Assembly (NCBI RefSeq): GCF_006345805.1
Contig: NC_043016.1
Span: forward strand, 20,956,001 to 21,020,000
Reading direction: 5' to 3'
Length of the DNA stretch: 64,000 bases
From: Octopus sinensis
Taxonomy: Eukaryota
The translations under genes were made by a program, and so were the position numbers. The notes beneath the pieces were generated by a model that did no database searches, was not told where the DNA came from, and saw nothing but the letters and a program-made list of their open reading frames with translations. Positions 13,672-25,949 of the stretch are shown here, one piece after another; the stretch's first letter is position 1, and each line of letters begins with the position of its first letter.

Positions 13672-15167
13672 CATGTCCACAATGTAGTTAACAAAAATGT
13701 CGATCTTTGCAGCAAAATACCTGCACCACATTGACATTGTTGATTCTCCCGAGTCATCTTGGTTAACAGTTCTGTGGTGATGGTCGTTTGATTCCCCTGA
13801 ATGACTCGCCTCATTTTCATTCCGCTCTTTTGCTGCCTCATTTTCCATTGATGATGATAGATGTTGATGTGAATGATCATGATGATAGTGATTGTTGTTG
13901 TTATCGTGATGATCGTCTCTGCTGTGTACCCCATGATCTGTCTGTACATCTGGCTGCTTTGGCTTGTCTCCATATTGGTCACCTTGTGGAGATGCTGATG
14001 AAGTAAACTCTTCATTACCATTATGAGTATGATGATGGTGGCTTTCTTTTGAATTCTTGAGTCCTGCGTCTTCATGTTCTGTTCCTTCATTATCAACATC
14101 ATGATGACTGTCATAATCATCTTGCTTCTTCTGGTCATTGCCATTAGCAAAAGATGATGAAGAGGAGGCTGCAGCCATTGTTGATGTTGATGATACAGAA
14201 AGAGTCTTTCGAGACATGAACTCCGATCCGGACGTGTGGAATGCATCGCTTAAATCAAGATGTGGAGGAGATGATGTCATTGTGGCCATAGTTGGATCTG
14301 TTGCTGTGGCAACCCCACCACCAGCATTTCTGTCATTACTATTAACATCAACAACAGAATTAGCATCACCATTTTCATTAGCAAGAATATCATTGTTGTT
14401 GCTTTCTCCTATGCTATTCCATCTTTCCGAACTTTGATCGACAACAGGAACATTATCACTATCATTATAATTGCTAGAACTGTCACCACCACTGTTATCA
14501 TAACTCATTGAACTGCTTAAGAAGGGTTTTGTTGTTGAGGGTGACACAGAGATTGATGTACCCCTCATAGAGTCATCCTTATCATCACTGTGGTGACCTG
14601 TGATGGGTGGCACAGTTGCATGCACCCATGAAGAAGGTATTGTACTTCCAGGAGCATCAGTTGCTGTGCCACTGCCACCACTACTAGAAGTCAACTTCAT
14701 GGTCTCCATGTTTCTTTCATAACCCACACTGCCTTGTCCATCAACATTGCCATTGGAGGTATGTAAAAATTTATCGGCCTCTGAGGAAAGTCTTTGCTCA
14801 TAATTTTTCGAAGCTCTATTGTCAAAAGTTACTGAACGAGTGGGTACAATGCTTGCTTGTGCACTGTCAAATCCTAATGAACTGCTGTTTGGCTCATTGT
14901 CATAGAATGTTGCTTCATTAATGTGTGTTGCTGAATGTGGATGGCCAGTTGTTGCATCAGAAGAAGATGATAACAATACTGAAGCTGAGGTGGACATGTC
15001 TTGCTGGAACTCCTTAACTGGTGAAGTCTTCATCACATGTGGCCATTGTTGTTGCTTTTCTTGTTCTTGTCTGCCATCGATATCTGCAGCTTTCCTCCCA
15101 TTTTCACTATAACCTTCATTGTTGCTTAACAAAGTTGTCTGCAAATTGTCCACATGTGATCTTTGTC
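13672..15167 (-). CDS. Tango1: TANGO1-like large (1496 nt) exon: disordered Ser/Asp/Asn/His-rich luminal region ending in the first hydrophobic segment
   Basis: Lies within the 546-aa ORF 13633..15273. Acceptor atgccAG (phase 1, joins the previous exon as ...NSL-G-QRSHVD) and donor ATG|GTgagt (phase 0). Ends ...MWCRYFAAKIDIFVNYIVDM. One large luminal exon is typical of TANGO1 genes. Confidence 0.9.
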
Positions 15168-15957
15168 CTGGCATCATAGTCATTGTTTTTGGTGAATTGT
15201 TTTTGGACACAAGAACAAGAATAAATTGAGATAATGTTAAGTCAGTATTCAGAGTTTTCAATATATTTTCCAAAGTTGATTATAGGTTTCCAAAGGTTTT
15301 TCCCAATGTTGATAAAGATGATAGAGGTAATGATAATGGGATCGTATAATTTGTTTTTCAAGCAGGGTTAGAACATGAAATGAAAATAAAAAAAAAAATA
15401 ATGGTTATTAATATATTAAAAGAACAGAATAAAAAAGGTGATGAGACAAGACAGAAGACTGAGAGCCAAAAGATAACAGAAGGAAAGAATCAGAAGACAT
15501 GAGTGTATAAAAAGCAAAGGCAGAGTCAGATGATAAGACAAGATGAAATAATATAATATATAGAGCACACAAAGCAGGGAGAAAACAGATAAACATCAGA
15601 AAAAGAAGACAGTGAGACAAAAGCCAACACCAAGGACACCAAATATTAGCAGACAACCAGTGGCATAAGATGGGCTTAGGCCAAACATACATTCAACTAC
15701 AGCAAATGCATGTGTATAAAGTGACAGCTTCGTGCAGTTGACATAACCTGTACATTCATCTTTTGCCACTGCAGCCAACAAGAATATGTAGGATATATTA
15801 AATAAACAGTAGAGAGACTTAATGACAGCAAGAAGAAATACAGAACAAAAAAAAAGGCAACAGAATAGTCAAGAACGAGAAAACATACACGCACAAAAAA
15901 TGGTAAAGGTGATAAGTACATGCAGAAGAAACTCCCCCCCATAAAAAAGAGAAGCTA

Positions 15958-16306
15958 AAGGGTAAAGGGGTAAAGACCCCCTTCGGTCATGAATGACTAT
16001 GGGATTGCACCTAGTAAGTTACCCTCCTAGACACAAGTCCGGGCGAGGTTGTTTATGGAAGACCAGCAGTTGCCCATGCATACCAGCCTCCCCTCTCCAC
16101 GCCACCAGTGTTATCCAAGGGAAAGGCAAAAGGGGCCGATACAGCTTGGCACCAGTGACGTCGCAACTCATTTCTACAGCTGAGTGAACTGAGCAACGTG
16201 AAATAAATGCCTTGCTCAAGACACAACACGCAGCCCGGTCCGGGATTTGAGCTCACAACCTCACGATCGTAAGCTCGACGCTCTAACCACTGAGCCATGC
16301 GCCTTC
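15958..16306 (-). mobile_element. Full-length tRNA-derived SINE (family A)
   Basis: A-box TGGCTCAGTGG, B-box-like GAGCTCAAATCC, (TTTACCC)n tail, 10-bp TSD AGAGAAGCTA at 15948-15957 and 16307-16316. Confidence 0.9.
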
Positions 16307-16502
16307 AGAGAAGCTAGACAAGTAAAACAAACAAGCTAGACAAGCTAGACAAGTAAAAACAAACAAGGATTAACAGCAGGAAAATTTTTTAAAATACACA
16401 AGATAAATGAAACAGATAGAAGGCAGAAAAAAGAAATGGGAAGACATTTTATTGTACTGTCGACGTAACTCTGAGAGGGTATTTTAATGATGTATTGTTT
16501 AC

Positions 16503-16571
16503 CTAAAGAGTTCATTGCTGCCATTACTTCATCAGCAGTTTGGTCAATTGATTCATCCTTTGTTAATATTT
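16503..16571 (-). CDS. Tango1: TANGO1-like exon, luminal region
   Basis: Strong polypyrimidine acceptor ctctttctttttcAG and donor GTaaac; phase 1 to 1. Encodes (K)ILTKDESIDQTADEVMAAMNSL. Confidence 0.8.
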
Positions 16572-17989
16572 CTGAAAAAGAAAGAGGTGAAAGGATACAG
16601 AAGGTAAAAAGTAGCAATGAGAACATAGATGATGTTTGTTATCTTCTATGTTTCCAAAAAGCAACAAAGAAGATAACAGAAGAGGAGGGGGGAATAAGAA
16701 CCCCCACCCTCAAAAAAAAGGAAGAGAAAAAAGTAAAAAGAATACAAAGGGGACAAAACGTAACTTAATATAGATCAAAGAAAGTAGACAGAGGACAGAG
16801 AGAAAAAAAAAAAAAAAACAGAAGTGACCAGTAGAGAGAGAAGACATACTGTAAAAACCCATGTAATTTAAGCATTTTTTCACAAAAATAAAAATAAGCT
16901 TTAGGGGGTGCATAAATTACATGAGTAGATCGCTTCCAGAATTATTTTAGAAATTTTTTGTTGTAAAAAGATACACTAAATGTAAACATTCATACTGGAA
17001 GTTGACTCATTTAATGGGCTTAAATATAATGAAATTGACTTTTATTTATGCTAAATGGTATAATGCTTACTTTTTCTGTATTAAAACCATTAAATGGTAA
17101 ACTACATTTTGAAGTCTAACATAAATCACAGTCCGGGCCATATTTTACATATTTTATTCGGTTGAGTAAAGTGCCATTCAAGCTGATGTTTATTGGTAAT
17201 TAAACTTAATTTGCAAATGTGCGTATTTATCAGTTTTGTTTTTGTTGATAAATTCTTATCAACAACTTTTCCAGTGATTATGGTTTGAGAAGACATACAG
17301 AAGTACGCTAAAGATCAGACATAATCTCTTGTGAGCAAGAAATGTAACATAAAGTTTATTATAAACAAGATTATCCTCCATATTTCCAACAACAACCTTG
17401 GGCACCTTTTTAAATTCCATATGACAAACACTCACAGACATGCTTATAAAATCAAAAAACAACACAGCACCCATGACTTTCACAAACATTTTTCATACTC
17501 AGAATTGCTGAACCATGGAATAAAAAGCCCGCATCAGTTGTTAGTTGTCGAGACACTACATCTTTCAAAACTTCAATACTTCCTGAAATCCACCAACAGT
17601 ACAACTGAACGCTCGAGAGATGAGGAGGGTATACTGAGTGGCTACAGCAGACTGCTATTGTCAGTCTCAGGAGGGAGGAGAAAGAAGGTGCATCGAGCAA
17701 GTAAAATGGACTGACACGCATCAGTCCCACAAAAAACAATTTTATTTATGACTAGAATGACCTGTCATTTATGGATGTAAATTATATTTTAGATCCAATG
17801 AATCAAAGGATATTGTAATGGATCATAGGATCTATGTAATTCATTGATTTTCTTTACAGTATTATCTTTATAAGTAAAAATTGCCTCTTTGCTGAATTTC
17901 TGTTCCAACCATTTCTAATTGTTAGATACTTGGTCATTGCACCTGGTCTCTATCTGCACAAACTGACAATTTAAGATTAGGTTTGTTAA

Positions 17990-19260
17990 CCAAAGATACC
18001 ATAGTTTTAATTGGTCTAAATAAGTTCATTATTTTCCAAAAGCATTTCTTGTAGTGTGTAACTTTGTTGCAGGAGATCTACTATTTCTGATATTAATTTG
18101 GCCATTTAAATCATCAATAAAATAAACTTGAGCATATCTAGGAATATTTTCATCTTTATTATACAATGAACTATGGTAAATTTGACTTTGTATTTTGAAA
18201 ACTGGCATGAATCCCAGTAGCGATATTGATTCACCAACTCCAAAGGTTGTTATTGAAAGCAATTCATTATATTTTTTAATAACTTTAAAAAAGTTTTTGG
18301 AGTTCATATTTTCCCCCAGCATTAGTGTATTTAAAGGTTTAGGTGGTTTTTTCAAACAAATTTAATTTAACTTTACCATTTGAACAACATAATCCCTTAG
18401 GTTCATCCTTAAAGTTTTGCACAAAAATGCTTACAAACTACTGACATTGTTCCTAAATTTGATAGATTATCGTAATTTTTAGTTGGATCATAATCAAATG
18501 CTGCGTTTGTAAATGATTTAACAGAAGTACATAGTTCAGCATATCTTGGTCTTTCCTCCATAGTCTGAGAATTTCTTGTCACAACGTGTAAAATTCTAAT
18601 TTCCTCTCTTATTTCTTGTGTTGAATTTTACCTCAACACTTGGTGGGCCAGTCTGCTTTCTTCTCTAATTTCATTCCTCCTTTGAAATGAGTCTTTGTGA
18701 TTGATGCTTTATGATTTCCTGTTTTTGTCATTGATGCTCTCAATTTCTTGATCTTTGAATTTCTCTCTCATTTTCACTCATTTCACTTGTTTTTTTGGCA
18801 TTTTTTTTTTTTGCTGAGGCATTTAAAATTTTCCTTGTATTGTTATTTGTCACACATATTATTGTTGTTGTTTAAGCTATTAGTAGCATCATTTAAGTTT
18901 TGGTCAGTTCTTACTTGAGTAATAATTTCTTGCTCCTCCATAGGCTGAGAATTTCTTGTCACAATGTGCAAAATTCTAATTTCCTCTCTTATTATTTCTA
19001 GTGTCAAATTTTCTTTCAACACTTGGTGAGCCAATCTGTGTTCTTTAATTTCAGTCCTGCTTTGAATTGAGAGTGTTTCCCATCTTCATCTTTGATACTC
19101 TTGGTTTCTTGCTCTTTGAATTTCTCTCTCATTTTCACCCATTTCATTTGTTTTTTGGCATTTTCTTGCTGAGGTATTTAAAATTTTCCTTATTTCATTA
19201 TTAATCACACCTATATTATTGTTGTTTAAATTATTAGTTGTATTTATTTAAGTTTTGGTC
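17990..19260 (-). mobile_element. Helitron RepHel N-terminal relic with internal duplication
   Basis: ORF 18029..18355 contains F...IKKYN....TTFG...GFMPVFKIQSQIYH...PRYAQVYF, typical of the Helitron region upstream of Rep. 18540-18850 is an imperfect duplicate of 18930-19200. Confidence 0.72.
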
Positions 19261-19885
19261 AGTAATGATGAAAGGGTTATCATTATTATGAGCTGTATTA
19301 ATATTGATAACGTAATTTTCTAAAACGGCACAATTGTTAAATGAATTTGTATCGTTTGCTTCCAGAACAATTCACCATTTAAGTTATTATCCTAATTGAT
19401 AACGTAATTTTCTGAAATGACACTATTATTAAATGAAGCTATCGTCTACTCACAGGTAAGATTTGGTTGCTATTTCTAGCACATCCAGCTTAAATTTCAG
19501 AGAGATTCTTTGTGAAGAGAATGGTAACTGACAATGTGAACACTGGAGGGTGTAACAAAGAATTTAGAAATGTACTTTACCTTAATGTTGACTTTAGATG
19601 TTGTATTTGGGAATTGCTTGAAGATTAATAGTTATCAAGTAAAAGTGAGATGATTCTAAAACATTAAAAAGCTATTGTTTGCTCACAATTCGTAAAATAA
19701 TACTTTGGTTACTTCCGGTTAATCTGGCTTTTAAATGATGTTTGTCAATATGCTTGTGTATGCGTGTGTGTGTGTTTACAACATCTGTGAGTGTATGTGA
19801 GAGAGAAAGGGAAGCACGCATGTATATATACATATAAATATATATGCAGTATATAAATATATATGCATGTATAATATATATATGC

Positions 19886-19936
<51 letters not shown>

Positions 19937-20039
19937 GATATCTATATATATCTATATATAGATATATATATATATATACATGTATATATATATACACACA
20001 CATACTAGATATACAAACGTACATTAATGTATAATATAT

Positions 20040-20344
20040 ATGGCATAGTGGTTAGAGCAGCGGACTCACAGTCAAGAGATCGTGGGTTTTCAAATCTCAG
20101 ACCGGGCGATGTGTGTGGGTTTATGAGCGAAAAACCTAAGCTCCACGTGGCTCTGGCAGAAGGTAATGGCGCAACTTCTGCTGACTCTTTCGCCCCAACT
20201 TTCTCTCACTCTTTCCTCCTGCATCATGCAGCTGACTTGTGATGGACTGGTGTCCCGTCCAGGTGGGGAACCTATACGCCAAGGAAACCAGGAAACCAGT
20301 CCTATGAGCCAGGCGTGACTCTAGAAGGAACAAACAACAACAAC
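20040..20344 (+). mobile_element. tRNA-derived SINE (family B) with V-domain-like core and (AAC)n tail
   Basis: TGGCATAGTGG A-box, GGTTTTCAAATC B-box-like motif, central GTGATGGACTGGTGTCCCGTCCAGG, ends AACAAACAACAACAAC. Confidence 0.7.
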
Positions 20345-20434
20345 CTCAACCCTGTCTTCTTTCTGCCGCCTAAAACCTCATCTCCCAATTCTCTCTCTCG
20401 CTATGTGGTGTTGGTTCTCCCTCTGTTTTCACTG

Positions 20435-20474
<40 letters not shown>

Positions 20475-20782
20475 TCTCTCTCGGTATATATCTCACCTTC
20501 ACTCGCTTCCGCAGGATGAAAAAAAACATCAGCTAAGTTCCCGACCTGTTTCCTCTTTTCATTGTTTTTGCAAGCCTTATTATTATTGTATCCCCATCTA
20601 ATAGCGTTATCGTTGTCTTTCGTCTCAAATGCTAGCTGAAGCATAAAAACTTTCACTCACAAAAACTTATTCACACCACCGCAAAGCATTTCATCTCAAC
20701 CCTGTCTTCTTTCTGCCGCCTAAAACCTCATCTCCCAATTCTCTCTCTCGCTATGTGGTGTCGGTTCTCCCTGTTTTCACTG

Positions 20783-20832
<50 letters not shown>

Positions 20833-21137
20833 ATATATCTCACCTTCACTCGCTTCCGCAGGATGAAAAAAAACATCAGCTAAGTTCCCGACCTGTTTCC
20901 TCTTTTCATTGTTTTTGCAAGCCTAGCCTTATTATTATTGTATCCCCATCTAATAGCGTTATATCGTTGTCTTTCGTCTCAAATGCTAGCTGAAGCATAA
21001 AAACTTTCACTCACAAAAACTTATTCACACCAACGCAAAGCATTTCATCTCAACCCTGTCTTCTTTCTGCCGCCTTAAAACCTCAATCCCAATTCTCTCT
21101 CTCGCTATGTGGTGTCGGTTCTCCCTCTGTTTTCACT

Positions 21138-21180
<43 letters not shown>

Positions 21181-21440
21181 TCTCTCTCGGTATATATCTC
21201 ACCTTCACTCGCTTCGCAGGATGAAAAAAAAACATCAGCTAAGTTCCCGACCTGTTTCCTCTTTTCATTGTTTTTGCAAGCCTTATTAATTGTATCCCCA
21301 TCTAATAGCGTTATCGTTGTCTTTCGTCTCAAATGCTAGCTGAAGCATAAAAACTTTCACACAAAAAACTTATTCACACCACCGCAAAGCATTTCATCTC
21401 AATCCTGTCTTCTTTCTGCCGCCTAAAACTCATCTCCCAA
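20345..21440. repeat. Tandem repeat, three ~350-bp units plus a partial unit
   Basis: CTCAAC/TCCTGTCTTC recurs at 20345, 20695, 21049 and 21398 (periods 350, 354, 349); each unit has a (CT)n tract. Confidence 0.92.
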
Positions 21441-21939
21441 GGCGCGGTGCGCCCGCCCTCCCACCCCACCACCAATACCGGATATCTCTATATTTTGCTC
21501 CATCTATACGGATGTCGCTTCTCCCACCACCATTATAGGTGTCTACTCTTCGAACCCCCCTCTTCAATACGCTATTTCACCATGCATTACCCCTCTCTCG
21601 ATATCCTACATTCTACTTGCCTAGAACCTGTCATCATTTTCTGAACCACCCCTCCCCACTGGTGCTCCCCTATATTTCTGCACCCCCCCCACACATAAAA
21701 AGCACCATCCGAACGTGGCCGATGCCAGACCCCTCTGGCACCTGTGCAGGTGGCACGTAAAAAGCACCCACTACACTCGCGGAGTGGTTGGCGTTAGGAA
21801 GGGCATCCAGCTGTAGAAACACTGCCAGACTAGACTGGAGCCTGGGGCAGTCCCGAGCTCCCCAGACCCCGGTCGAAACCATCCAACCCGTGCTAGCGCG
21901 GAAAACGGACGTTAAACGATGATGATGATGATGATGATG

Positions 21940-21942
<3 letters not shown>
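21441..21942 (+). mobile_element. Composite RTE-tailed non-autonomous element with GC-rich 5' anchor
   Basis: Begins GGCGCGGTGCGCCCGCCCTCCCACCCCACCACCAATACCG, has a C-rich body and ends AAAAGCACCCACTACACTC...CCAACCCGTGCTAGCGCGGAAAACGGACGTTAAAC(GAT)n. Confidence 0.75.
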
Positions 21943-21972
<30 letters not shown>

Positions 21973-22294
21973 TGTAGCTATTGTCTGCTCACAATTTGTG
22001 AAATAATACTTCAATTATATCTGGTTAATCTCACACAGTTATGCGGAAACACACAAACACGCACAAACAGCAGCAGACAATTAGCATCATATTTTTTATT
22101 TATTTATTTTTATTGGAATGAGGAGGGTATGGCAAGTGAGTAAAGTGAACTAACACTGTTGAGGAAAGAGAAGGGTATACCGAGTGAGTAAAGCGAACTG
22201 ACAGATGTCAGTCTGCAAAATGAATTTTATTTATATAGACAACACAAACACTTTGTAATTTAATAGTTTTTAATGTGATAACTTTTATTTCGTT

Positions 22295-22577
22295 TTTGGA
22301 TTCTTTATATGAGTTCGTGTGTTGAAGCATATTCTGTTGTGTCTGAGGAGTCATTTTCTTTTTGTGCCTTATAATTTACCACTCACCGGTAAAATTTTCC
22401 ACTTATTTCTTATTTTTCAATAGTCTTGACTCTGAGTGTCAAGACTATTGAAAAGGTTGCAAGACGCAACGAAAATTTTAGGAAAATAAAAATAAGAAAT
22501 AAGTGGAAATTTCACCAATGAGTGTGTTACATTATAAGGGACAGAAAGAAAATGACTCTCCCCAGACACAACAGAAT
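22295..22577. repeat. Foldback (long inverted repeat) element, family E
   Basis: Arms TTCTGTTGTGTCTG.GGAG..TCATTTTC and their complement. Related copies at 26776-26980 and 38805-39148. Confidence 0.75.
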
Positions 22578-23018
22578 GTGATAACTGTTAAAGAGAAATT
22601 ATTTTTATTTAATGAAAATTTAATAAAATCTAATCATAAGTAAGGGAAATTATGCTAAATACAACTAAATTGAAAACCTTTTCCCCCTGACCATATCGAC
22701 AATTCTGAAAACAGGTGTGCAATTTACATGGGTTTTTACGGTAAATAGAAAGAAGAGAAGAGATAAGGCAAGAATATACACGAGAGATGATGAGAGAAGA
22801 GCACATGGAAGAAACAATCATAAACTATAACTTTATATACAATTCAAAATAAGTAGATAAAAGACAGAATATACAAAATATACAAAGAAATAAAGAGGAA
22901 GAAGCAGAGAGAAGTGGACAAAAAAAAAAGACAGGAAACACAAGATGTCAAAAAGACAGGGAAAGATGTGAGGCAGAAGACAGGAAAGCAAAGTGAGAAG
23001 TATTAAATAATCACTAAC

Positions 23019-23163
23019 TTTTGCCTTCATTACTATCTCTTTTTCCTTCATTTTGTGTTTTCTCATCTGTAGCTAGACCACCATTGTCATCTTCTGAGAT
23101 TTCTGTCTCATCATCAACCTGTCTGCTTTGGCCAGGAGACTCTGCCTCTCCAGCTTGCTTATC
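23019..23163 (-). CDS. Tango1: TANGO1-like exon, acidic luminal region
   Basis: Acceptor ttcatgtAG and donor GTtagt; phase 0 to 1. Encodes DKQAGEAESPGQSRQVDDETEISEDDNGGLATDEKTQNEGKRDSNEGK (145 nt, open). Confidence 0.8.
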
Positions 23164-25114
23164 CTACATGAAGACATCATCAGAATGAATGTAGGCAAAC
23201 TATTGTGTGAAGGGAGAGACAAATTATATTTGTGCTTGTGTGGTAAGGGTAGAAAATTGGACGAAAGAGATTAAATGGATCAGAAAATAAAATCATGGTT
23301 GCTTTAAAACTTTGTCAAACAGAGGTTTGATGTAGACAGAAAAGAAAGAGGAGCCAACTGTGCAGAATTGTAGTTCTCTTTGAGAAAAGATAAAGAAAAA
23401 AAAATAGGAATGGGAGGAAGACGGTAAAAAATAAAAAAACAGTCAGAAATCAGTAAAAGACAGAAGACATAAAAATGTGATACTAGAAAAAAGCAATTCA
23501 AAAATGGGACAATAGAAAAAATAGTGAATAATGAATTAATAATGTTCATTTTTATAAACAATTTATAACTTTTGGACATTTTAAAGCATATTTTTCTTTT
23601 CCTCTTGAATTGATGCTTTAAAATCAAATGATGATGATAATGATTTTAAAGCATCAATTCAAGAGGTAAAGAAAAATATGCCTGCTGAGTATATTCAGAC
23701 CAAATTACAGATTTTTACACAACAGAACAGCTGCTATTGCGGGTCTGATGAATTGTTCCTACTGTTTTTACCTGCACTATTTTACTGCAAGAGACAACTT
23801 GATAATAAGAAGGCTTTGGAATCAGTACACAAAACTTCTGACTCCTCTAGTCATAAATCGGATTTATCATATATTTCTTATGAGTACTGTGAAATACCAG
23901 ACTACCTTTTAGCATCTTAAGGTCTTAATGCCCAAGAAGTTACATACAATTTAAGCATGGGGAAAACTGATATAATTAAAGAGACTATTTTTAGCAAAAG
24001 GATATAAAAGAAATATAAATACTATAAAAGAAAATCAGGAACATATCTGTTTACCAGTTCACAAACCTAAAGTACATCAAGGTTAAAACTAAAAAGCTGA
24101 ACTCCCAAAGCAACTTAACAAATTATCATATTGCAAGAAATAAAATCAATTAGATATATAACCCTGCCATTTTGACATTAAAACATTGTTCGAATATAAA
24201 GTTGAAATGAATGTAGCAAGAATGACTACATTAAATGAAATGAAAAAGATTGAACATTTTATCCCTCCAAAACTTAACTTTTTTGAGAAACACTGAATCT
24301 ATGGAATAGGGGTAAAATCAAAATTATAAATTTCAAATTTTACCAACATCTTGTTCTTAGAAACATGAATAATTTTTACCATACCATCTCTTATAAAAGA
24401 CCTTAAATCTGATTTGATTATTTTTAATGCATTTGAAATTTTTATGTGTTTTATCATGATTTTCATGTAATTTCAGTAGGTATTTGGACTTCAGTAAACC
24501 AATAACAGCTTCTGACCCAATTCCATCACCTTGACTGGCAGTCACGTGGTACTAATAGAATAGAACTTTCTCATTATATGAAACATAATGAAGTTTTCTG
24601 CCTTGGTACACTCTTTTATATTTTGCAGATAAAATATAGTTAAAATAGTAGAAATCAATTATATTTAGTTTGAGAAGTGTCATCATATAGTTGGTAATGA
24701 AATTGCATAGCAAATGAAAGATAAGTGGTTCAAGTCCTATTTGTGGTCCTGTTGCTGTTTTCTTTCTCAAATTGTACTTACAATGTCTAATATTTTTAAA
24801 AAGTAAAATAAATTCAAGTATAATTACACAGTGGATGTACAAAAAGACAATGCAAAGGAAACACTTAACAGTGCAGTAAACAACTAAAACTATCTACATT
24901 AAAATAGCTGAAAGAGGACACATAAAAGTGAATTAGGACACTAATATTAAGAAAATAAAACAACATACATACTGATAGTGTACACCAAAAATGAATGTAA
25001 AAAAAGAGACAAAAAATGCACACATGAAAGTAGAAAGCATAAAGTGAAGAGAAACAAAAAGTATTTAATTGAATATGACAAAGTGCCACAGACACCATGG
25101 CAGCTATAATCCAT

Positions 25115-25346
25115 TTCTTTATTACCCACAAGGAGCTAAACATAGAGGGGACAAACAAGGACAGACAAATGGATTAAGTCAATTACATCGACCCCAGTGC
25201 ATAACTAGTATTTAATTTATCGACCCCAAAAGGATGAAAGACAAAGTGGACCTCGGCGGAATTTGGACTCAGAACGTAACAGCAGACAAAATACGGCTAC
25301 GCATTTTGCCCGGCGTGCTAACGTTTCTGCCAGCTCGCCGCCTTAT
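25115..25346 (-). mobile_element. SINE (family C) with Meta/MESC-like central domain
   Basis: AAGGCGGCGAGCTGGCAG head and TTTCATCCTTTTGGGGTCGATAAATTAA.TAC core. Related copies at 45978-46160 (+) and 27880-27990 (-). Confidence 0.7.
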
Positions 25347-25472
25347 AATATATTATATTATATAATATAATATAGCTCGCAGCTATAATACTATGCCAAC
25401 AGCTATGAACTGCACTGCCATTGACCCCTTGCAGACAGAGATGGGTAGAGAGAAGGCAAAAACGACACTTAC

Positions 25473-25537
25473 TTGCTTAGACTTGTTAGTCTCACTAGGG
25501 GTTGTATCAGTGGGTGTCAAGTCTGCGTTATCTTCAG
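25473..25537 (-). CDS. Tango1: TANGO1-like exon, luminal region
   Basis: Acceptor acaatctAG and donor GTaagt; phase 1 to 0. Encodes (S)EDNADLTPTDTTPSETNKSKQ; phase matches both neighbours. Confidence 0.8.
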
Positions 25538-25625
25538 CTAGATTGTAAAGCAAACAAATAATAAAATAAAATGAATACATATATATTCACACAAACAAGC
25601 ATGCATACATATGCACAAACACATA

Positions 25626-25790
25626 TATGAAGGGTGCTGAAAAGTTCCTGGTTTTGGGAAAAAGAAAATACAGGAGAGTCTGTTAATTATGATATTATTC
25701 AACATATTTCCCTCTCAGGTTCACACACTTACACCAGCGGTCCTTCAGTTTTTCTAAACCCTGTTCAAGAACTCAAAGCCAGGAACCTTC
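25626..25790 (+). mobile_element. Mariner-like terminal fragment
   Basis: Begins TATGAAGGGTGCTGAAAAGTTCCTGG, similar to mariner-family TIRs. Confidence 0.5.
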
Positions 25791-25949
25791 CAGCACCTAC
25801 ATGTATAGCTTTTGTGCGCGGCAGATGCTCAGAAAATGGATTCCATTACATATCAGGGAGTGAAACTAAAAGTAGTTGATAGCTTCCGCTACCTACATGC
25901 CCAAGTCTGTAGTGGGGGTGAGTGCTCGGAGAGTGTTGCCACTAGAATA

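Noticed and set aside
13668-14437. Overlapping ORFs in alternative frames and on the opposite strand of the large exon
   Set aside because: Shadow ORFs of low-complexity coding sequence; only the 13633..15273 frame splices in phase with neighbouring exons.
16230-16306. tRNA-like sequences here and at 55784-55850 and 20040-20110
   Set aside because: They are heads of SINEs, continuing into SINE bodies with TSDs or simple-repeat tails; not tRNA genes.
17259-17739. Cluster of 76-127-aa ORFs on both strands
   Set aside because: No recognisable motif, no phase-compatible splice sites, and stops in the most coding-like frame; unassigned.
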